Below are positions 58,053-64,000 of a stretch of DNA of 64,000 nucleotides, piece after piece; position 1 is the stretch's first letter, and the number at the start of each line of letters is the position of its first letter. Both the position numbers and the translations under genes were made by a program. Source of the stretch: Bacteroidota bacterium. Lineage in GTDB: Bacteria > Bacteroidota > Bacteroidia > 2-12-FULL-35-15. The notes beneath the pieces are model-generated. The model had not been told where the DNA came from, ran no database searches, and was given only the letters and a program-made list of their open reading frames with translations. Location of the stretch: the NCBI GenBank assembly GCA_029237775.1, contig JAQZBR010000002.1, positions 713,489 to 777,488 on the forward strand, given 5' to 3'.

Positions 58053-59843
58053 CTATGGCTCAACAACAAATAAACGGAAAATTTCCTTGCTGCCGATCGA
58101 GTTGGAAGATGCAAAAACAATGTCGTGAACGGCAGGATCGATGCTCAGATACTTTCCTGTTGCGACAGAACGTAAAGTAATCCGGTTGTTATCTTCTTCA
58201 GGGAAATTCAGTTCAAACTGCTCGTAAACACCCGCAGAATCGCCAATTGCCATTAAAGCGTTATCGAATTGTTTACTTACAGACAGAAAGCGACCGTCAT
58301 TTGTCATCAATGCGATCTTCCCATTCGGCAAAACTTTAGCTGATAGATCGCACACAGAAGGTGTATAAACATCTGCGAAAGCAGCGACTGTATTTTGAGC
58401 ACGCGGATTTGCCGCAAGGTATTTCATATTCGAGGCTCTTAAATAGATCGCCTTCTTACCAAGTGACCCGGTGATATAATTTTGGGAATACTCTATCTGA
58501 GGCAGACCTTTTATTCTTCTATCCCAATCGTACGGACTTAATAAATCCCGCCATTCAGTGGAAGGCTTACTCTGAAAAAACCCCTTGAAATAAGCCTCCC
58601 GCGTCATATCATCATAATGAATAGCGCCATTTTTATATTGCCAGGTTTGAAAAAGATTTAGAGCAATAAATAAGAAAATCACAACAGAGGAAACAATTTT
58701 CAACGCTTTTCCCTTTTTGAGAACAAAAGAAAATCCGGCAGCGAGCGGAATCGACAGTATTGAATAATAATCGATCATAGGCCGGATGCCCCAGGAAATT
58801 CCATAGCTCCATGCCCACCATGAGGATAACAGAAACACTGTCGTGATCATCATGATAATTGTTCCATAAAAAACAGCACGATTCTTTTTGAATAAAATGA
58901 TCAGTCCGATAACAGCAAAGATCAACACAGGCGTATAAATGAACACACCTTTCCTGAAGCTGAACAAAAAAGGAATCATTTGCGGACTATCGAAAATAAA
59001 ATGCTCATCAATGTAAACATCATACAGCCAACGGCCGGTAGCAAATTTCCAATACATCAACTGCAGCGAACCAATTGACATGCATATTAACATCGCGAAG
59101 ATTAGGTAACTCAATTGAGGCTTTAAGAACTCAATAGTTGCTCTGATTCCGCCTTTTGACAATAATAGGATGATAAAAAAGTAAATCAGAAGTGTTAAGG
59201 CTAGAGGCCTGATAAGTACACTCAAGCCCAGAACTGCGCCAAAGATCAGCAGGTGTTTATTGGATCCGATTTTTAGCCATTCATAAAAATGAAACAGACA
59301 GGCACATAACAATGAAAAGGAGATAGCATGAGGCATAAGTCCTTCGAAAGTTGAATACCACAAAAGGTTGGTGCCAATGGACAAAGCCACGATGGTTAGC
59401 GCTATGATCTTATCATCAAACCAATTCAATAATAGTTTACGGAGATAAAACAACCCAACTAACAGGTAAATGATCACTCCTAAACTGACTGCATTCTGAT
59501 AGCAAAAAGAATAACCATCCTGAGCACCTCCAGTTAATTTTGTAGCCAAATGGCCCGCCATAAAAAAAGGGGCAAGTGCAACGCTAAGTCCCACCGGATG
59601 CTTGATCAGCTTTTTACCTCCTTCGATCTTATAGTACCAGATCTTATCTCTAAAGAAAAGAGGATTCGCGTCAATAAAATTTAAATGAAGATCCTGATAA
59701 ATCAAGGCAGCCGGGAGATACGTATAATAGCTTGGCGCATCTACAACGATCCTGTTTTTTTTCCAGAGACGGAAACAGCTAAAGATGCTCAGGATGAAAA
59801 TAAGAATGAAGGCGATAGAAACCAGGCTATGATGCTTTTTCAT
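58053..59843 (-). CDS. GT-C-like polytopic glycosyltransferase with a C-terminal fascin-like beta-trefoil
   Basis: D..SYY.YLP in the first loop and about 11 TM segments. The C-terminus has three repeats: IYLRASNMKYLA, IALMTNDGRFLS..YEQF and ITLRSVATGKYLS..KEIF. Confidence 0.7.
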   Translation of the reverse strand: MKKHHSLVSIAFILIFILSIFSCFRLWKKNRIVVDAPSYYTYLPAALIYQDLHLNFIDANPLFFRDKIWYYKIEGGKKLIKHPVGLSVALAPFFMAGHLATKLTGGAQDGYSFCYQNAVSLGVIIYLLVGLFYLRKLLLNWFDDKIIALTIVALSIGTNLLWYSTFEGLMPHAISFSLLCACLFHFYEWLKIGSNKHLLIFGAVLGLSVLIRPLALTLLIYFFIILLLSKGGIRATIEFLKPQLSYLIFAMLICMSIGSLQLMYWKFATGRWLYDVYIDEHFIFDSPQMIPFLFSFRKGVFIYTPVLIFAVIGLIILFKKNRAVFYGTIIMMITTVFLLSSWWAWSYGISWGIRPMIDYYSILSIPLAAGFSFVLKKGKALKIVSSVVIFLFIALNLFQTWQYKNGAIHYDDMTREAYFKGFFQSKPSTEWRDLLSPYDWDRRIKGLPQIEYSQNYITGSLGKKAIYLRASNMKYLAANPRAQNTVAAFADVYTPSVCDLSAKVLPNGKIALMTNDGRFLSVSKQFDNALMAIGDSAGVYEQFELNFPEEDNNRITLRSVATGKYLSIDPAVHDIVFASSNSIGSKEIFRLFVVEP

Positions 59844-59880
59844 TTCTTATCTGTCTGATAAAATCATGAGGATATTTTGC

Positions 59881-61956
59881 CTAATACGCACCGTTTCGTT
59901 TACGCATAAACCACTCCGCACTAATGAGAGCCAGGATCACAAAAAAGATCCATTGAAGGTTTATCATGTCACGAAGCTTTTTTTCTGAATAGGACACCGA
60001 TTTAATATCTTCTCGTGCGTTTAGTTTATCAGAAAGCTTAGTCATATCTGCCGGATATACCATTTCTCCATCGTGCTTCTGAGCAAGAGCGTATAGCATC
60101 TGATGATCGGCTGTTGTATTGGTGAATTCCACTTGCAGGGCGCTCACACTGAACTCACCGTGCTGCTCATAGATTTTCTCCCCCACTTTAACTTTTGCAT
60201 CGTATTTATATTCCCCCACCGGCAGCATCCCGGCATTTAACCTATATGCGTTGCTTGTTTTACCAAATGTGAACTGAAATTTTTTATCTGCTGCATTTTT
60301 TATGACCACACTTACTTCAGGTTCGTTGATCAGCTCATAGCTCTGATTGTAAACCTCTGCCTCCATTTCAATGGCTTCATTTTCCATAAAGTTATTTTTC
60401 CCGATCACGCGAAAAAAACTTTTATCCACTTTTACAGAAAGGTACTGAACGGTTTTAGAGATCAACTCATTAAACAGATCATGGTTCCCATTGGCAGCAA
60501 AATCCTGCAATCTCCACTTCCATATTCCCTCACCTGTAAACACTGCCACCTTGCTGTCTCCGGTATTATTAAAAAGCATCAGAGGAGTTTTAGTATCCAC
60601 TATCCCGATACGCTGGTATAGCAGCACATTGCTGCTGTTATCGGTCTGGTAGGATCCGAACGGACAAGTCACCGCAGGAAAGTCTTTCATCGCTTTTCTG
60701 AGTTCATCGCTTATCGTAAACAACGGAAAATTCTCATCGATGACAGGCTCGCACTCATTGGTCTTTGGAGATACCGATCCCAATGTAAGATCACGCTTTA
60801 ACAAAGCTTTCGCTCCGGAAAAAGACCAGACAGGAACATCGGAGCTGTTTAATTCTGACAATACTTTTGCTGCTGTTGTACGCGGACTCGGCAGCTGATG
60901 AAGAATAACTAGATTATATTTTTTTACAGACTTATCGAATTGATCGATCGAATAGCTTTCCACTTCATAGTTCTGATTTTCCTGCAAAGCATCTTTGATG
61001 GCTGCAACATCAGGGTGTGGTGCATCTGCCAGGATAAGGATCCTTTGACGCGCATCGAGGACATCAACAAAAATATCCTGAACATTATTCAGCTTGCTCA
61101 CTTCATCATCAAGAGCACTTACTCTCACTTTGTAATGCTGCAAGCCAACTTCCTTAGCTTCTAAAAGAGCAGGTACCGTTAACGTAAACGTTTCTGAATT
61201 GATATTGATAATCTGGGAAAACAAATTTGCATTTCCCTTTGATATAGAGAGTGTGCTTGTCTTCCCCTTCAATTGTTTCGCATTCACCAGGATCTCAAGA
61301 GGAAACTGATTACCAAGGTAAGCGATCCTGTTGTGATCAACACGAGAAAGAATAAGGTCTTTCTTGATAGTTGTATCACCAAGTGCAATCGTATAAAGCG
61401 GGATTTTAAGATCAGCGGCACTGTAAACCGGATTCGCACCTTTGTTGTAAAGTCCATCGGTGGCGACTATCACTGCACCTACATTCCTGTTTCCATAACG
61501 AGTGTCTATTTCGTCAAATAGCAAAGAAATGTCTGTTTGTTTATCATTAAAGGACAAGGAAGCTGGATCATTCAGCCCTTTGACCTTGTCGGCAAAACTG
61601 TATGAAACAACATTATACTTTCCTTTCAGATCATCGATCAGCTTACTCAATCGTTGTTTGTATTCCAACTTGTAAAACGCAGAATCCTTGTTAATGATCA
61701 GGGATTGAGAATTATCCTGTGCAATAATTATGATGGGTTTTTCGACTTGTCTGTTGACTGTTTTTAATAATGGGGAGAGCAATAAAAAAGAAAGGATCGT
61801 TACTGCCAAAAATCGCAAAGCGGCCATTCCGCGGACAAGCCAAACTGAAGAGTCATTGAATTTAGAATCCTTCCGGTATAAAAGGAACGCATAAACAAAC
61901 CCTGCCAGTAAACAGAATAAAGAGAAATACCAGGGATATTCAAAAACTAGGTTCAT
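59881..61956 (-). CDS. Membrane-anchored vWA-domain protein
   Basis: N-terminal TM pair, DNSQS MIDAS-like motif, TDIS and TDG, an Ig-like and a GATase-like domain, and a C-terminal TM ending EWFMRKR. Confidence 0.8.
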   Translation of the reverse strand: MNLVFEYPWYFSLFCLLAGFVYAFLLYRKDSKFNDSSVWLVRGMAALRFLAVTILSFLLLSPLLKTVNRQVEKPIIIIAQDNSQSLIINKDSAFYKLEYKQRLSKLIDDLKGKYNVVSYSFADKVKGLNDPASLSFNDKQTDISLLFDEIDTRYGNRNVGAVIVATDGLYNKGANPVYSAADLKIPLYTIALGDTTIKKDLILSRVDHNRIAYLGNQFPLEILVNAKQLKGKTSTLSISKGNANLFSQIININSETFTLTVPALLEAKEVGLQHYKVRVSALDDEVSKLNNVQDIFVDVLDARQRILILADAPHPDVAAIKDALQENQNYEVESYSIDQFDKSVKKYNLVILHQLPSPRTTAAKVLSELNSSDVPVWSFSGAKALLKRDLTLGSVSPKTNECEPVIDENFPLFTISDELRKAMKDFPAVTCPFGSYQTDNSSNVLLYQRIGIVDTKTPLMLFNNTGDSKVAVFTGEGIWKWRLQDFAANGNHDLFNELISKTVQYLSVKVDKSFFRVIGKNNFMENEAIEMEAEVYNQSYELINEPEVSVVIKNAADKKFQFTFGKTSNAYRLNAGMLPVGEYKYDAKVKVGEKIYEQHGEFSVSALQVEFTNTTADHQMLYALAQKHDGEMVYPADMTKLSDKLNAREDIKSVSYSEKKLRDMINLQWIFFVILALISAEWFMRKRNGAY

Positions 61957-61964
61957 ACTTTTTT

Positions 61965-61989
61965 ACCGCAAAGGCACTAAGGCGCAAAG
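61965..61989 (+). repeat. Short degenerate GCGCAAAG octamer repeat
   Basis: ACCGCAAAG-GCACTAAG-GCGCAAAG. Confidence 0.5.
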
Positions 61990-62028
61990 AAAATTTACTG
62001 TCTACAACAGATATCTAAACCGGGTTAC

Positions 62029-62068
62029 AAATACAGATTCGTAAATTTGGTTTGATTCGTATCTGTAC
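62029..62068 (-). repeat. 40-bp intergenic repeat, copy 4
   Basis: Minus strand reads GTACAGATACGAATCAAACCAAATTTACGAATCTGTATTT and starts on the last base of the fabG stop codon. Confidence 0.85.
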
Positions 62069-62814
62069 TAAGTAAGCATTCCACCGCAAACATTCATTAC
62101 CTGTCCTGTAATATATGCGCTCATATCTGAAGCGAGGAATATTGTTGCATTTGCGATGTCATCCACAGAGCCACCACGTTTCAAAGGAATTGTATCTCTC
62201 CAGCCCTGAACAACCTTAGGATCAAGAACATCGGTCATTTCAGTTTCAATGAATCCCGGGGCAATTGCATTACTGCGGATATTACGGGAACCGAGCTCCA
62301 AAGCCACAGATTTGGTAAACCCTATGATCCCGGCTTTTGATGCCGCATAATTGGATTGTCCGGCATTTCCTTTCACACCGACAACTGAGCTCATATTAAT
62401 GATCGAGCCTTTACGCTGCTTCAGCATTGGCTTCTGAACAGCCTTTGTCAGGTTGAATACCGATTTTAAATTGGCGTTCATCACTTCATCCCACTGCTGT
62501 TCTGACATTCTCATTAACAAAGTATCACGGGTGATCCCTGCATTATTAACCAATATATCTACAGTACCGAAATCAGTAACTACATTATTTACAAGCTCTT
62601 CGGCAGCTTTAAAATCAGCTGCATCAGAACGATATCCTTTTGCTTTTATTCCGAAAGCCTCAAGCTCTTTAGCAAGGGCTTCACCCTTTTCAACGGATGA
62701 CAAATAAGTGAATGCAACGTTGGCACCCTGTTCTGCGAAACGTAAAGCGATACCGCGGCCGATTCCCCGGGAAGCACCTGTTATAAGAGCTACTTTTCCT
62801 TCAAGTAATTTCAT
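62068..62814 (-). CDS. fabG: 3-oxoacyl-ACP reductase
   Basis: TGASRGIG, NNAGITRD, YAASKAG and PGFIET motifs. The -7 motif TATCTTTG is at 62869-62862. Confidence 0.93.
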   Translation of the reverse strand: MKLLEGKVALITGASRGIGRGIALRFAEQGANVAFTYLSSVEKGEALAKELEAFGIKAKGYRSDAADFKAAEELVNNVVTDFGTVDILVNNAGITRDTLLMRMSEQQWDEVMNANLKSVFNLTKAVQKPMLKQRKGSIINMSSVVGVKGNAGQSNYAASKAGIIGFTKSVALELGSRNIRSNAIAPGFIETEMTDVLDPKVVQGWRDTIPLKRGGSVDDIANATIFLASDMSAYITGQVMNVCGGMLT

Positions 62815-63083
62815 AATATTGATATTAGATTTCTTTATGTAAACGGCATGAGCCTGTGCTTCAAAGATAATTAAAATCAGTTGTCAAAAGAGAAATCAGG
62901 ACGATTTCGTTGAGGTTGTTTTATTTCTATAAACATAGAATTCTGACGATATAGTTCAGTAATTCATCTAATTCACTTAAAATTAAGATCTTTAGAATCA
63001 GAGCCTTAAAAAAACATGAGTAAAATGCCAGAAACCTATATTGCTGGCTGCAGTATAAAGGTTCGAACCATTTAATCAAACTC

Positions 63084-63824
63084 ATGAACAAAAAAATATT
63101 ACTAGCAGGAACACTTTCACTTTTTTCGGTTTTAGCGCTTGCACAAGATGCACCAAAGGCGTCTAAAGAAAACACTTTTGAAATCCAGGCTAAAGGCCTT
63201 GGTAACTCCACATGGCTTTTTAACAAGAACATTTCTGATATCGGGGATGAACAAAATTATGCAAACAGTATTGGTGTTGCTTACGGACTGGGCTTCAACG
63301 CATACTTTGGAAAAGTGGGTGTTGGGATCGAAGGACTGATGGGAAACCATTTGGGAAGCTATGTTGGAAAACTTGAATTCAAGGATTCAACCGGCACAGT
63401 GTACAAAACCACTGATTATAAGTCTTCCATCAACTTGCAAACGATTCAGATTCCTTTGATGTTCAAATTAAAATCGGACATTCTCTATTTTGAATTAGGC
63501 CCTCAGTACAATATTATTTCTTCAGCGACCTACAAATACAGCGGGGACGGATTTAGCATGGATACTGTAGTGACAAGTGATTATGCATCTTCCTTTATTT
63601 CTGCCGTGATGGGATTTGGCGCGAAGATCAAATTTGGTGAGAGCCCTTTATCCATGAATGTTGGCTTACGTCTGCAATATGGTTTAACGGACCTTAAAGG
63701 TGTGGATGCTTTAGGAAATGACTTAGGCGATGCTTTGGTGTACAAGGATAAGAGTAGCACGAATGCTGCAACGGGGGGAATTGTGCTTTCGCTAAATTAC
63801 CAGATCGGGAAAAAGAAAAAGTAA
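63084..63824 (+). CDS. Outer-membrane beta-barrel protein (PorT/OMP_b-brl_2-like)
   Basis: Signal peptide. IQIPLMFK, ELGPQY and RLQYGLTD motifs, and a terminal LSLNYQI strand. Confidence 0.8.
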   Translation: MNKKILLAGTLSLFSVLALAQDAPKASKENTFEIQAKGLGNSTWLFNKNISDIGDEQNYANSIGVAYGLGFNAYFGKVGVGIEGLMGNHLGSYVGKLEFKDSTGTVYKTTDYKSSINLQTIQIPLMFKLKSDILYFELGPQYNIISSATYKYSGDGFSMDTVVTSDYASSFISAVMGFGAKIKFGESPLSMNVGLRLQYGLTDLKGVDALGNDLGDALVYKDKSSTNAATGGIVLSLNYQIGKKKK

Positions 63825-63860
63825 AGGAGATTAAAGCTACGCTTGAGATATTTTAATAAG

Positions 63861-63890
63861 AAATGCCCTTCAAGTCGAAGGGCATTTTTT
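63861..63890 (+). terminator. Intrinsic terminator
   Basis: AAATGCCCTTC-aagtc-GAAGGGCATTTTTT. Confidence 0.85.
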
Positions 63891-63908
63891 ATTATTATAA
63901 TAGTTTCT

Positions 63909-63946
63909 TTTCTTTTCTCTTGAAAGAAAAGAAACAAAAGTTCAAG
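63909..63946 (+). other. Hairpin with pseudoknot-type pairing, possibly the end of a dispersed element running off the window
   Basis: Stem TTTCTTTTCT/AGAAAAGAAA. The loop CTTGAA is exactly complementary to the downstream TTCAAG. Confidence 0.55.
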
Positions 63947-64000
63947 TCAGAACGATTCCTTCCCGCTCTGCCATTTTCAGGAAAACCTAAAAGCAAAAAA

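Noticed and set aside
62927-63232. 101-aa minus-strand ORF
   Set aside because: It is antisense to the barrel gene's signal-peptide region and extends into AT-rich promoter DNA.
1-64000. tRNA, rRNA, prophage, integrase or recognised defence systems
   Set aside because: No cloverleaf, rRNA-like segment, recombinase, phage structural gene or known defence motif was recognised by eye.

Overview
A gene-dense, roughly 40% GC chromosomal segment from a member of the Bacteroidota. The assignment rests on TAnnTTTG -7 promoter motifs, T9SS C-terminal sorting domains, the zapB-zapA-rny and trmD-rplS gene orders, and the near absence of Shine-Dalgarno motifs. About 55 real CDSs are present. Housekeeping genes include pcm, hbd, accC, rny, zapA, trmD, rplS, prfC, ilvE and fabG. 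There is a bioB-bioF-bioD-bioA cluster without bioC/bioH, and a Wzx/Wzy-type glycan locus of about 13.6 kb (18451-32090) carrying a WbuX/HisH/HisF sugar-amidation triad, two Wzy_C proteins, an embedded DCC1-like redox gene and a terminal CLC channel. The window also has a thioredoxin/SCO cluster and many envelope proteins of unknown function. I saw no tRNA, rRNA, CRISPR array, transposase or prophage. The best leads are: (1) a GT-C-like membrane glycosyltransferase fused to a fascin-like beta-trefoil, paired with a methyltransferase-GT2 fusion; (2) a very short two-conformation RNA hairpin where 6S RNA normally sits (zapA-rny); (3) an uncharacterised module of two beta-barrels and two lipoproteins, with three 12-bp-phased DnaA-box-like sites at an internal promoter; (4) several families of short intergenic repeats, including a four-copy 40-bp element and an exact pseudoknot-type pairing; (5) a degenerate CAP plus OmpA-like envelope protein. 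Family names come from motifs recognised by eye, not from database searches.
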